Shown here in pieces: positions 1 to 12,300 of a stretch of 64,000 nucleotides of DNA. Below the pieces are notes generated by a model, which worked only from the letters and a program-made list of their open reading frames with translations, was not told the origin of the DNA and ran no database searches. A program made the position numbers and the translations under genes. The stretch's first letter is position 1. Each line of letters begins with the position of its first letter. The stretch is from Epithemia pelagica (taxonomy: Eukaryota > Protista > Bacillariophyta): assembly GCA_946965045.2 (NCBI GenBank), contig OX337228.1, positions 1,984,001 through 2,048,000 of the forward strand, written 5' to 3'.

Positions 1-995
1 TTTGGTCGTGAAGGAGCCAGAGTCGCGACCAATTTGTCCTGCGCAGCATGAAACACAATCGAATCAGAGTTTGCTAGTCCTTGATGCTGAAACAGAATGG
101 ATGCAGATGCAATCGAAGCATGTCCACACAGGGGAACTTCCACGGTAGGGGTGAAGTAGCGAATGTTGTAATGCCACGATGAATCGTCCTTGACATTTTG
201 TGACAGGGACTTCTCTTGTTGGTCTTCAGTATTTTGCGCAGGGAGCTTTCGCCATACAAACGCCGTTTCCGCCAGGTTGAACTGCTGCGCAGTAGTTTGC
301 ATCCAAGCTCGTGTTTCATTATTTTCCACATCAGTGTCATCGGGCATTAAAACCACACCAGCAGGGTTACCAGTACCTCTTCGTTTCGGGTCGGCAAAGG
401 CATCCACCACCCAGCATGGGTAATTCCATGGGATATCAATCTCACGATCCAGTTCATACCACCGTTCGCTACCATGAACGATTGGGCTTTCTCGAACAAC
501 GCGGAATCCGGCGTTGATGTAAAAACATAAAAGGTGTTTCTTGGCAAGCAAGACCATTTTTTCAATTGGAGATGATCGCTTGCCCTCATCATGCTGCATT
601 TGATTAAAACTCGAGACATGCTTGATATATTCTTGGAGCATGTAGGTCGCAATACCCTGTCGTCGATAGTCTTCTCGTACAACTACGCTATGAATCGCGA
701 GGAGCTGTCCTCCTGCATCATGAGTCGTCATACTTTCGTGCGTGAAATCCGTACAGCGGGTGGAACATACAAAGCCAATCAACGTCTCGCCACCACTGTC
801 CTCCATTTCTGAATTGCCATCAATGACAGCACAACAAAAATAAGGCGCCGCTTGATGTTGTCTGTATTGCAGCGTTGTCTTAGAAGCGGCTTCATCTTCA
901 GGATAGGAAGCATGTTCCAGTTCTATACAAGACGGAAGGTCGGTCGGAACCACCTCCCGAAATCGAATTTGTTGTTGGAGCTTTGGCATCGACAT
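1..995 (-). CDS. GNAT (arylalkylamine N-acetyltransferase-like) - PhzF-family fusion protein, 3' end runs off the window
   Basis: Manual translation from ATG at 995, open to the window edge and so absent from the ORF track. GNAT motifs: ELEHASYPEDEAAS, LAIHSVVVREDYRRQGIA, LLAKKHLLCFYINAGF, HGSERWYEL. PhzF motifs follow in the same frame: VDAFAD..GNPAGVV, FNLAETAFV, IRYFTPTVEVPLCGHATIASA. Confidence 0.85.
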   Translation of the reverse strand, partial: MSMPKLQQQIRFREVVPTDLPSCIELEHASYPEDEAASKTTLQYRQHQAAPYFCCAVIDGNSEMEDSGGETLIGFVCSTRCTDFTHESMTTHDAGGQLLAIHSVVVREDYRRQGIATYMLQEYIKHVSSFNQMQHDEGKRSSPIEKMVLLAKKHLLCFYINAGFRVVRESPIVHGSERWYELDREIDIPWNYPCWVVDAFADPKRRGTGNPAGVVLMPDDTDVENNETRAWMQTTAQQFNLAETAFVWRKLPAQNTEDQQEKSLSQNVKDDSSWHYNIRYFTPTVEVPLCGHASIASASILFQHQGLANSDSIVFHAAQDKLVATLAPSRP

Positions 996-1610
996 GGCCA
1001 CGGTCAAACAATGATGATTAGTTTCAATAATAACCGAGAAACAGAGTACAAGGAACAAACAATGGTAAAAATATCGACACAAGCAAACACCGTCCACTAC
1101 CACTTCTCGTCCCATAGAAAAGAACGCAATTGAGGGCACTCCAATGGCAAGAATGGACTGCTTCTTCTTCTCTAGTTGTACGTCGCCTCCCACATTTCCC
1201 CTCGCCCTCCTGGAAGTATAGTAAATCTATGCGTGTGGAGAGGAAGAAACACAGACACAAATGCAACCCCAACGAAAAGACCAGCACCACAAAAAGAAAA
1301 AGACAGACAAATGAGAGATGGCGATGCTCGGAACGGAAGAGACGACCACAAAATGCAACATCACACATACGCATGACAGCGACTCAGAAGCGATCTCAAT
1401 TGTCGCGGTCATGGTTCAACGCCCAAAGATTTCAAGTTTTCAAATTTTGGAATTTCGAAGATCTTTCTCCTCTCAAGATTTCAGATTTTTCTTTTGTTGA
1501 CGCACGTCTCATCAAATATGTCAAGCATCTCTGAGAATGAGATAGGATTCGAATAGTTGTTGATGGCCCAGTTCTGACACAAAACCAACGTTGGACAAGA
1601 CAGACGACAC

Positions 1611-3293
1611 ATGAGGAAGCACGATGATGAGAATACGGCACTCCTTGGATCAGGCATTCAAGTGGATACAAAGGACGATCATGCCATTCGCCCATCCCGT
1701 AGTGCGGCGGTCGATCCGCGTCCAGCTATCAGGATATCGCTTCTTGCTTTTGTAGTGCTTACCGTGTCGATGATTGGATTTCATTTCTATTCCTCTCGAT
1801 CACAGTCTTCGCCAACGACGGGTTCTCCTCTCTCAGCTACCACCACTTTGGAGATTGTGAAGAATGATTCGCTTCAACTGTCGTCGCCCTATATATTCCC
1901 TCCGAACTTTACATGGGGTGCAGCAACCAGTAGTTACCAGGTTGAAGGGGCGGTGAAAGAAGATGGACGTGGTCGATCCATTTGGGATGCCTTTTGTGAA
2001 GAAGAGGGGACAATCATGGATGGTTCGAACGCTGACGTGACGTGTGATCATTACCATCGCGTGGTCAACGACGTAGCTCTCATGAAAACTATGAATCTCA
2101 AGGCGTATCGCTTTTCTATATCCTGGCCAAGAATCATGCCCAGTGGAGTCGGTCCTGTCAATTCCAAAGGAATTACCTTCTACAGCCACTTGATTGACTT
2201 GTTGATCGAGAATGGAATCGAACCATGGGTCACCTTGTTTCACTGGGATCTACCAGACGCACTTTACCAAAACTATGGAGGCTGGCTAGATCGAAACAAC
2301 ACAGTGGTAGCGTTTGGCGAATACGCTCGCATTTGCTTTCGCGCCTTTGGAGATCGCGTGCAACGGTGGGTGACCATCAACGAAGCATGGACCGTGGCCG
2401 TAAATGGACATGGCACCGGAATACATGCACCAGGTCATCAATCGGACACGGAGCCGTATATTGTCGGTCACAATCTCTTGCTGGCGCATGCCACGGCGGC
2501 TCACATTTATCATACCGAATTCGCTCCCCACCAGGAGGGAATGATTGGAATCGCCAATTGCGGTGACTTTCGGTACCCCTTGACTCCCCGTGACTATGAA
2601 GCAGCACAACGAGCCATGCTGTTCAAACTGGGATGGTTCACAGAGCCATTGTTCTTTGGAAAGTATCCATCTGTTATGGAGAAACGTCTCGGATCCCGTT
2701 TGCCCGAGTTTAGTGAACAAGACCGAGAACTGGTTCGTGGTTCCGCAGATTTTGTTGGCTTGAACTACTACTCGGCTCTGCAAGTTTCCACACCCAAAGA
2801 AAAGGCGTCCTATCAGGGATATTGGGCTGATATCGATACGGATTTTCATTTTCATCCAGATTGGGAAAAGAACGACATGGGATGGGGGATTGTCCCGGAC
2901 GGTTTACGGGAGATGCTCTTTTGGTTGTCGAATCGATACGGTCGACCCATTATTTACACAACAGAAAACGGTTCAGCTGAACCAGAGCCAAATGTTTTGG
3001 TAGCCCTACAAGACGAGAAACGTCGCAAATTTATCGAGGGGCACGTTCGTGCGTGTGCACAGGCAATTGAAGGCGGAGTTGATTTGCGAGGTTATTTTGC
3101 ATGGAGTTTTATGGACAACTTTGAATGGCAATTTGGTTATCAACGCCGATTTGGCATGTACAGGGTTGACTTTGATACCCTCGAGCGAACCCCCAAGAGC
3201 TCTGCTGTTTGGTACAACGACACAATCCAGAACCATGGTCGTAACATTCCCCGAATGAAGAGAGTGAGCTGGTATCCCTGGCATGGAGCGTGA
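1611..3293 (+). CDS. Glycoside hydrolase family 1 beta-glucosidase with N-terminal membrane anchor
   Basis: 560-aa ORF. FTWGAATSSYQVEG, YRFSISWPRI, TLFHWDLP, acid/base TINEAW, nucleophile YTTENG, WSFMDNFEW. Hydrophobic stretch ISLLAFVVLTVSMIGFHFY near the N-terminus. Confidence 0.95.
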   Translation: MRKHDDENTALLGSGIQVDTKDDHAIRPSRSAAVDPRPAIRISLLAFVVLTVSMIGFHFYSSRSQSSPTTGSPLSATTTLEIVKNDSLQLSSPYIFPPNFTWGAATSSYQVEGAVKEDGRGRSIWDAFCEEEGTIMDGSNADVTCDHYHRVVNDVALMKTMNLKAYRFSISWPRIMPSGVGPVNSKGITFYSHLIDLLIENGIEPWVTLFHWDLPDALYQNYGGWLDRNNTVVAFGEYARICFRAFGDRVQRWVTINEAWTVAVNGHGTGIHAPGHQSDTEPYIVGHNLLLAHATAAHIYHTEFAPHQEGMIGIANCGDFRYPLTPRDYEAAQRAMLFKLGWFTEPLFFGKYPSVMEKRLGSRLPEFSEQDRELVRGSADFVGLNYYSALQVSTPKEKASYQGYWADIDTDFHFHPDWEKNDMGWGIVPDGLREMLFWLSNRYGRPIIYTTENGSAEPEPNVLVALQDEKRRKFIEGHVRACAQAIEGGVDLRGYFAWSFMDNFEWQFGYQRRFGMYRVDFDTLERTPKSSAVWYNDTIQNHGRNIPRMKRVSWYPWHGA

Positions 3294-3398
3294 AAAGGGA
3301 AATCGATATGTATCGGAATTTTAATTTGGTCTGGAGAACCTCACTCAAGCTTTCCGATATCCTTCAAGTGTCTAATTCTTACAAAACTACTCCTACAC

Positions 3399-4749
3399 CT
3401 ATACCTTTTTGCAGAGCTGTACAATGTCCTCGTCAGACAAGACGTGATCCCTGCCACATCGCTGAGGTTGATGTTTGGCACTCTTCCCCCACTGTTGTTT
3501 GTTAAGCAAAGAAGGTACAAGATAAGACAATAGGATGTGTGACACAGTAGAAACGACCTTGCTACAAGAACACTTACAACCCATGCATGGCTGAAATCGT
3601 CAATTAGACTCTTGTGCAATCGATTACAAAACTCCTCAATTGTTGGATTCTCTGCGTGCAATATAACCGGTTCTTCATAGTCAGGGATTTGGCCTTTTGG
3701 TTTTGTGTAAATTCGCAACATGTTACACCGATCTGGACAACAAATACATAAGTGGTGAGAAATGGTTTGTGATGCGAATGCGGACCACAGGTTCTTTGTG
3801 AAACATACCCCAGATAGACTCCATCAACTCCTCCAGATTCCATTTTTGTTGGCTGCTGATTGGCACATAGTTGGGCATTTGGTCCAGAATATCGAGCTCT
3901 TCAATCGTTATGGCATCAATTTTATTAAACACATACAGGACAGGAATATAGGCCCGGTTTCCTTCAATAACGTCAATGAATTGGTCCACCGTAATATCTT
4001 CTCTGAGGATAATTTCTGCACAGGATATTTTGTATTCCTTGCATACCAATCGTGCAACTTCGACATTCATGCCTTTCGTTTGTTTTGTAACCTCTTGGTA
4101 GCCAATTCCTCCATTTTCCTTTTTAATGAATTTGACTTCGGGTGGTGACTGATTAATCCGAATACCAAAACTAAATAGCTCACTTTCGATAATCTTTTTG
4201 TGTGTCACGGGCTTTGCGGCATCCAACACTATAAGAATCAGATTGCAGGTACGCGCTGTAGAAATGACTTGTCGTCCACGACCCCGACCATCGGCCGCCC
4301 CTTCAATGATTCCAGGCAAGTCAAGAACTTGAATGCGAGCACCTCGATATTTCATTGTTCCTGGAATACAGGTGAGTGTGGTAAATTCATATGCCGCGGC
4401 TTCACTGCGCGTCCCGGTCAGGGACGTGAGTAAGGTGCTTTTGCCCACGGACGGAAATCCCACTAAACCGATCCGAGTATCGCCACTCTTGGTCACGTCA
4501 AAGCCTCGTCCTGCATCTTTGCTTCCAGCCGATTTCCCTCCAGGGCCATTCACCAATTCCGACTAGATAGAAAATGATCAGATACCAAGGGGAATCAAAC
4601 TCCGATTCTCCAAACGATGAACGACGTACCTTGAGTTTGGCAATTTTTGCCTTGAGGGTTCCCAAGTGATAATTTGTGGCCTTGTTTTTCTGGGTACGGG
4701 CCATTTCCGCCTCCAGCTCATCAATCTTTTTTTGAATATCATCCGACAT
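3399..4749 (-). CDS. DRG1: Developmentally regulated GTP-binding protein 1 (OBG family), 4 exons: 4749-4630, 4562-3809, 3732-3578, 3491-3399
   Basis: [61 protein letters not shown] and a C-terminal TGS domain ([17 protein letters not shown]). Three GT-AG introns join the ORF pieces in frame. Confidence 0.95.
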
Positions 4750-5145
4750 GATTTACGAGCACTCCAATCTTCTTCTTTTGCTTTTCGTCAACAAGACCAA
4801 GTCCGATCAAGTGATTACGGAAGTGATCGTCATAAAATGGCAGAATGGGCATGCTCGAGTGACGGGCAAGGAGGTTGGAGCCTGGTAGGGAGCACGGGGG
4901 AGATGGGCTCGGAAGCGCGACTGGGTCAATCCCAGAAACCTTTTCCCTCACAAACTCCAAATTGTGCTTACAAGACCATTTCTAAATAAAGGTGCACCTC
5001 CCGTCCGTTGCGTTCGATATGACAACTTTTTTGGAGGAACCTTGAATGCCTGCACGTTCATTGCCCTGCCAACCACAAAGGCAAGTGGAAACAGAGTTGC
5101 TATTAAGTGGTGCGCGCGTAATTGCCTCTTCGTTTGAAACCCACC

Positions 5146-7527
5146 ATGGGATCAACTAATATATCACTGGGACTTCTCTTGTCAATACCTTGGTTGCTGA
5201 TACAAGGCATCAAGTCAGTCGAAGATGACTCTTCTAGTCTATCGAGGGAAATGTTCTTCCAACGGCCATCCATGAGCCAGGAATTCCGTATGCTCCAAAC
5301 AGGGGTTTCATGCAGTCAGGTTCTGACTATGCTTGAAACGAGTGTACTGCCGAGAGACACTTGCACCTGTGAAGTCGATGGTGCATCTTCGGGTTCACAA
5401 GCAACGTTCTACACCATTAGCTGTGAAAACTTTTGTTCGACCAACTTCACAAGTGGACCTGTAGATTTTGAAGCATCCTACAGGTTTGAAATACAAGAAC
5501 GGACTGGACGAATTGTCCAATCTACAGAGACCTACACCAGCACCAGAACAGTGGGTGCGACCATTAAACTTTCCCAGGAATTTAATTTTCTCGACGGGTC
5601 TTTTCAGTCATGCGGTGTTAATGTTGACGGTACACAATGTACGTCTTGCGGACAAAGCACTTGGGCAAGCATGTGCGAGGAAAGCATGTACAACATTGAT
5701 TGTCGTAATGCTGACTCGAACCAGGGACGAGTGGACATGTGCATTCAGCAGCATCTTTTGCTGGAAGAATCAGATTTGCTAGGTCCATTGAATACGAACC
5801 TGTTTGACACGCAGTCATGTTTCGAATCAACGCCCACCTCGCCCCTCGCAATGGCGGCCTCCTCGCCGGCTTCTCCAGCCTACAGCCCAGTTTCCCCAGT
5901 TGGTGGAGCTCAAGCGAACGCCGACTCAGAGCCTCCCACCGACTCTCCATCTGCTTCTCCATCGGCTTCCCCATCAAAGCTTCCTTCAGGATCTCCGACA
6001 AATATCCCGACAAGATCTCCATCTGTGAGCCCATCAGTTTCTCCTTCAAGCTCACCGGTTTCTGTCAAGACTTCTGCGGAAGATTCCCCTGGCATTACGT
6101 TGCTTGTAGATCCCACTGCTAGTCCCAGTGTTTCGTCTGCTCCTTCTGTGAGCTTTCGCCCCACCACTTCGGAACCACCAAGCGCCGGACCAAGTGTATC
6201 ACATCGGCCCACCACGACGACGAGCCCAAGTGCATTTCCCAGTACATCACAACAACCAAGTTCGTTTCCAAGTGATTTTCCGAGTAACGTTCCAAGTACT
6301 TCGAATCGACCTACTGTAAGTCCGGCACCAAGCGCTGGTCAGAGCTCGGAGATCCCAAGTCTTTTTCCAACCGGCGAGCCTACATCTTCGTCACCCACCG
6401 CTTCTCCAACGTCACTACCCTCAGATTTTCCATCCACTGTTCCATCTGTGTCATCTGCACCTTCGGAGCTGGATCAAACTGACGTTCCAACCACGTCCCC
6501 AACAGGAACTCCGACAGCTTTGCCCACAGTCCCGCGCACGTCCAGTCCAACTGGCCCACCTTCTCTAGCTCCCACATCTCCTCCTACCTTGCCTCCCACT
6601 TTGGCACCAACAAATCGTCCAACGATCTCCAGTCAACCCACGTTATCGTTCGCGCCTTCTTCAGGAACCGAGACCCCAACCGTGTCATCAGCTACCCAAG
6701 TTCTGCTGTTCCCATCTACGATATTTGCCTATGTTGAGGGTTTGGATGAGGCCGAGTTTGCCTTTCAGACTGCAGAATATATTTTTGCAAGTTTAAAAGG
6801 TCAATTTGAAGAGTTGGAAGAAATTCGTGTCGCGGTGGTTGAGGTTGCAGGACAGTCAAGAGTAGGAATTCAAATTTCGACCATAGCCGCCGTCACCGGA
6901 CCCGTCAGCGAAGAAACAGTGCGCAAGTTGAACCTTGCCATGACACAGGCACTTCTCGATACAGATGCATATGAAAAGTCTCTAAGGAGCAATCGCAATG
7001 TTGCAGACTTTATATCGATAAAGAGAGTTGTAGTTGAGAGACCACCGCCGGGTTCCAAGGGTAACGGAAAAGGCAAAGGGAATGGAGACGACAAAGGCAA
7101 GAAGAAAAAGAAGAAGATTAAGAAAAAGGCTAAGAAGAAAACGGACAGATCCCGTCCTTGGTATTCTCCATCACACAAACCTATGATGACGGCCCCAGGC
7201 CCATGGATAATGAAGAAACGAGGCCCCACATACGGAATGAATGTTCCGAGTTCTTGGACGAGGAACAGAAACAGGGCACCCGTACCGACGACGACACACT
7301 CCGATCCTTGGAGAAATCCAAAGAATGGATTAATGAAGTACAGGGGGTCTAATCTATGGAAGATGATGATGGGAGTCCTCGTCAAGAAAGCGGCCCCGAA
7401 AATGTACAGTTGGACGAAGCCAATGAAGCGACGAAGACCAATGAAAAAGAGAGTATCCCTTCTGGGAACGAGTCAGACAGAACCAGAACAAGGGGAAAGT
7501 TCTCAAGATAATGACTCCAATAGATGA
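5146..7527 (+). CDS. Secreted or cell-surface mosaic protein: Cys-rich N-domain, long P-S/T-x-x-P-S repeat stalk, Lys/Met-rich basic C-terminal region
   Basis: Long ORF with ATG at 5146 and a signal-peptide-like segment (ISLGLLLSIPWLLIQG). Cys-rich region, many PSxxPS/PTxxPT repeats, then GKGKG..KKKKKKIKKKAKKK and MMM-containing tail. No family recognised. Confidence 0.7.
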   Translation: MGSTNISLGLLLSIPWLLIQGIKSVEDDSSSLSREMFFQRPSMSQEFRMLQTGVSCSQVLTMLETSVLPRDTCTCEVDGASSGSQATFYTISCENFCSTNFTSGPVDFEASYRFEIQERTGRIVQSTETYTSTRTVGATIKLSQEFNFLDGSFQSCGVNVDGTQCTSCGQSTWASMCEESMYNIDCRNADSNQGRVDMCIQQHLLLEESDLLGPLNTNLFDTQSCFESTPTSPLAMAASSPASPAYSPVSPVGGAQANADSEPPTDSPSASPSASPSKLPSGSPTNIPTRSPSVSPSVSPSSSPVSVKTSAEDSPGITLLVDPTASPSVSSAPSVSFRPTTSEPPSAGPSVSHRPTTTTSPSAFPSTSQQPSSFPSDFPSNVPSTSNRPTVSPAPSAGQSSEIPSLFPTGEPTSSSPTASPTSLPSDFPSTVPSVSSAPSELDQTDVPTTSPTGTPTALPTVPRTSSPTGPPSLAPTSPPTLPPTLAPTNRPTISSQPTLSFAPSSGTETPTVSSATQVLLFPSTIFAYVEGLDEAEFAFQTAEYIFASLKGQFEELEEIRVAVVEVAGQSRVGIQISTIAAVTGPVSEETVRKLNLAMTQALLDTDAYEKSLRSNRNVADFISIKRVVVERPPPGSKGNGKGKGNGDDKGKKKKKKIKKKAKKKTDRSRPWYSPSHKPMMTAPGPWIMKKRGPTYGMNVPSSWTRNRNRAPVPTTTHSDPWRNPKNGLMKYRGSNLWKMMMGVLVKKAAPKMYSWTKPMKRRRPMKKRVSLLGTSQTEPEQGESSQDNDSNR

Positions 7528-8123
7528 CGGAGAAACTTCCTCTGGATGAATCAATGATGAAAAGAGGGTGCTGAGATCTCATCTTTTCCACCGGAAACAC
7601 TGTTCGATACTAGTTGTACTTTTAAGTAACATGGATTATCGCCACTTTTACCTGGGATTTGTCCGTTCCTCTCCCTCCAAAATGTTTTGCGTCTGTTCTG
7701 CTTCAACTTGATGATCTGGGATTTCTTTGTTGAGCAGGAAACGAATAAAAGAGGCAAAAGCCAAAAGCTTTGCTTGTTTCAGAGGTACCATAGTCCTGTC
7801 TACCTACTGATATTTTGAAACCTTATCATAGTCATAGTCTATGATACCATACTCATTGACGGAAAGATGCGACATTACGTGTCCAGCTGTCTGTACAGAG
7901 CTCGTATGGTTGTGTAGTCTCCTCTGAGCGTCATGGAAACTATTATTTAATGAATACTTGGATCAGGAAGCTACCACCCGATGGGTAGTGCAACTGAGAC
8001 CCAGCTGTGACAAAAGGGCAGGCGGCTTCAGACACATCGGCGACAACAAAGAGCGAAGAACGAGGAGACAAGACAGACAACAATCAATCTGTTGTCACAA
8101 AAATTCAGGAGTTGTGGACGACG

Positions 8124-9236
8124 ATGACGGAATCTCGCAAGGCAACGTTGTTAGAGTCCATGGCTCTTGGAGGAGCCGCCGCTTCTTTTGCTGTCAACTT
8201 TACGCATCCCATGTGAGTACCAATCGATTAATCTCCGCGTGCAAGAGTTCATTGATAGATGTGAAGCTTGAAGCCGATGAATCTTGTCGAGTCGGCAGAA
8301 AGCGAACAGAAATCAATCGGAAAAGAATCATCTCACCTCTTGCCTTTTCATACACCATCGACCTACTTTTACATAGCGAGACTGTCAAAACTCGCATGCA
8401 AGTGAGTGGGGGTGGTCTGGGCAGTACCATTTCAGGTATTGCGTCGAATGAAGGCTTTGGTGCCTTTTGGAAAGGTATTCTTTTTGCGTATGGACGAGAA
8501 CTCTCTTACACTGCGATAAAGCTTGGTGCCTATGCCCCTGTCCGTGATGCCTTGGGTGCAGGAAAGGATTCACCTGTTTTCTTGAAATTTATCGCCGGAG
8601 CGATCACGGGAGGGATTGGATCGTTCATTGGCAATCCTTTTGGTACGTTTTACGACTCGTCGAAGAGCACTGGGTATGGTGCCAATTGACTGTGAAACGG
8701 CTTGTGAAACCTCATTTTACTCATATTACTGTTATCTGTTAGACGTTTTGAAAACACTTGCCCAAACGAACAAGGATAAGGCCGTTCCATTGCCCAGGCT
8801 AATGGGACAAATGTACCACGACCAGGGAATTGGGGGCTTCTATCGTGGAGTGGAAGTCAACATCGCTCGAGCCTGTGTACTGAATGCGACAAAGATGGGA
8901 TGCTATGACATGTCAAAGGGATATGTTGTAGGTATCACTGGTTGGAAAAGAAAAGATCCGCGTACGGCGTTTTCGGCTGCCTTTATTGCTGGATTTTTTA
9001 TGACTTGTACTGTGGCGCCGTGGGATATGCTTCGAACCAAACTAATGAACCAACCAACAGACAGGAAAATATACAATGGATTCTCAGACTGCTTGGTTAA
9101 GACTGTCCGTGATGACGGTTTCTTCTCTCTATGGAGAGGCTTCATACCAATCTGGGCTCGTTTCGCCCCACAAGCAACCCTCCAGTTGATGACTCTTGAG
9201 TTCCTTTACGAATCATTTGGTTTCAAAAGTATTTAA
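8124..9236 (+). CDS. Mitochondrial carrier (SLC25; oxoglutarate/dicarboxylate/UCP-like), exons 8124-8212, 8377-8642, 8743-9236
   Basis: Three carrier signature motifs after splicing: [29 protein letters not shown]. Also [18 protein letters not shown]. Introns GTGAGT..ATAG and GTACGT..TTAG. Confidence 0.9.
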
Positions 9237-9334
9237 GTTTCTATGTTAGGTCTCATAGTGTATGGATGCACGGAAAAATCGCTTACTACAATTATGAGCA
9301 TTCTAAAATGCCTTAGTATTCATGAATCGTCGTC

Positions 9335-12300
9335 CTAGCATTCGAAGGTACCATCTTTAATCGGCAAGTGTTGTGATGATTGTATGCTGTCAGTCGGTAT
9401 TGATTCTTCGACATCGAAGCACTCGTAAGCCGGACTTTTCCCTCCATCTGACGGAGTGAGTGGCCTTGTGGAAGTAGTGTTGAGCGTCCCTGCACATTCC
9501 TGATTATTAATCTCGACTTCCATGTCCAACTTCTCATCGATCTGTCTCGCCAATGAGTCAGGCTCACTATCCCCAAAGGTTCCTGGTGCGCTCTCTTCGC
9601 CTCTCAGGTCCGGGGTGTCCAACTTTGGCTTCAAAGGATCTGCCTCATCCATGTTCCTATCAGGTAAAGGGCTCAATCTCACTCCATCCGGGTCCTTGCC
9701 AACGTCTGAGTCCGCATGAACAGCTTTGTTATCCGACGAACGATCCTGATGATCACCCAATACATCGACAACTCTGGACATAGCGTTCCCATTCTTGGCT
9801 ATTTGAGCTTTGGAGGTAAACTCTTGGCACAAATGGCTCGATTCTAGAGGTGTACGTTTCCCGATATTCTCTTTGGCAGAGCCATCACCAGACACTGCTA
9901 CGTCAACATTTTTGTCTTCCTCAAGGCTTTCTTCTGACATTCTCTCAGGTTGAATCGGATCCAAAGGACTTTCTGGTTGTTTTGAAACTGCGTCCGATAC
10001 AGGTTCCATGGTTGACGTGGTTTCAGACAAAGTTGTCGATTTTGAAAGGATTTTTTCCTCCTTTGTCGTTTGGGCGGCTGTCTTCTTATGTGACTGGTAG
10101 ACTTTGGAAAGATTCCAGATCAAGGTTCCCATCTCTGTCCGAATCCTATCAATGTCGTCTGCGCCAAAAATAAAGTGTTCATGGGTCGTGATCATACGCT
10201 TGAAGGGATGCCGTGGTACGTCGAGCTGACACGTTCGGAAGGAAAACGTCCTATCTCGCAATTTGTAGAGGCCATACGCGTACCGACAGACAAAGACGCC
10301 ACAATCCCAGCCATTTTCCTGATAGGGAACTTCAGGTAAAAAACACTGCGTTAATAGGGTTGTGGAAAGTAGAGTTGGTTTCGCAGGAAAACCCTCTTGT
10401 TACTCACCTTTGGGCGAATGCACCTTCATGGACGATTCTGTGAAAGGCCTTTGGTTGTCGTTATGGATTCGCTTCCATTCGGCATTTAACCAATTACGAA
10501 TCTTTTTGGCAACAGCTATCTTTGGATGACTTCTCAAGGAATCAAAAAACAAAATGCAGGACAGTGGTTGGTCGTCGTCCAGGTTTGTCTGACCGAGAAT
10601 GGCCCCGGGGTTGACGGCCACTGCCAAGGACCAATGAAAGTTTTTGTTAATCGGGAAAAACACCATCTTCTTGTCGAATACATTGATTCCCTTTCGCTGT
10701 GTCCAGTTCTGAACTGCGGATACACCCAGCTCGGATAAGGTGGTATAGAAATGTGTCGTGAAGAAATGCGTGTTGGACTGATCGGCCCGGGAAATCCTGT
10801 GCGACGACCACGGCCACGAGGGTGAGTGAGTGAGTGAGTGAACAAACAAACAAAACCACACACCAGAGCCAACCAGTTCCAGGGTGTAGTGTCTCACACG
10901 TACCATCTCATCCAAAAATCAATGAGCGTATCATTGAGATACTCTTGTGGCTCCAATCGTTGCACGTCATCCAGTTCAATGGAAAGGAAATGATCCCGGC
11001 GGCCCGACGGTTTGGGGCCATGCGCACCCGCAACAGGAGCTTTGCAACCATCCTTGAGTTCGTGCAACTCTTGGGCGGCCTCTTCCATGGCTTGATCACT
11101 GCCCGCAAAGGGATACACCAGCAATACTTGACTCGGTCCTTTCCCATTGGAGGAAGACGTTGAGGACGAGGAGAGGGTCTTGGAACTACCCCGACTACCG
11201 CTGCTGCCAGGTTTGGTGGGTTGAAAACTCTTGATTCGATCGGCTTCTTCGGCTCGAGAATCCTTGAGGAGGACGGTACAATATTCTTGGGCCATTCCTG
11301 CTGGAATCGCCTGGGGTTCTCCGTCTTGCCCCTCGAGCCGATTGCCGTGATTCAAGTCCTGTACCAGTCGATCCAAATCGCCATCTTCCCGAAACTCCAC
11401 CACCACAAAACTCCGTTCGGCACACTCCCGACTGGGATCAAAGTTGGCGGAAATGGTTTTCAATTTTTGCGTCAATTTTCCCGTCGTTGTCAAGGCAAAA
11501 AAGCTAAAGCTATCAAAGGATTCTTCGTCTTCGGCCGTCCCGCAGCTAAAGTACAAGAATTGCTGGACATGCTCGCGCATTCCAATGTCAATTTCCGTCC
11601 ACTCCCCTTCTCCTCGACTCGTGCTGTTTCTCGTCCTTCGTTTCTCGTGTCGAAATTCCAATCCAATATCCCCGTGTGGATGGTATACCACTTTGCAGTC
11701 CACATGCATGACGATTGGACCAATCGAGATTCGGGCCGCCTCATATTTGATCGGACCCTCCTCTTCGTCCAATGGGTCGTTCGGTGGTGCCGACTTGGAG
11801 TCCTCCTCTTCTTCGTCATCGCTATCATCCAGTTCCACAATTTCCGGTTCCTTCTTCTGTTTTGCTGCCCCACGAGGCGATCGTCTCAGTTTGGGTTGTA
11901 GGCCAATGGGCTCCACGCCGCCATTGAGGTTTTTTGTCTTCTTGTTGTTGGTTCCAGAATTGGCATCTCTGTCTATGGTTCGGGACGACTTGTTGGTGGA
12001 TGCGGTTCGTTGTGGATCGGCTTGTTGGAGCGATGCTCCCACTGTGATTTTGGAACCCTTTTTGGGATTGGAATTCTTCTTGAAGACATTGGCAACTACG
12101 GAACCCGCGAGTTGCATCAATTTGTTGGATGTACTTCGGGTTGTCGCAGTCGTCGTGACAGAAGCCGTTTCCGTGGCTCGTACCATTCGTTGTGGTTCTC
12201 CTCTGCGTTGCCGTTTGTGGGGGGGAGCTGGAGTAGTGTGTTTGGTCAGACGGAACCCCGTAGAAGCCGTCGTCGTTGTTGATGCTGCTGGGTCGTCTCG

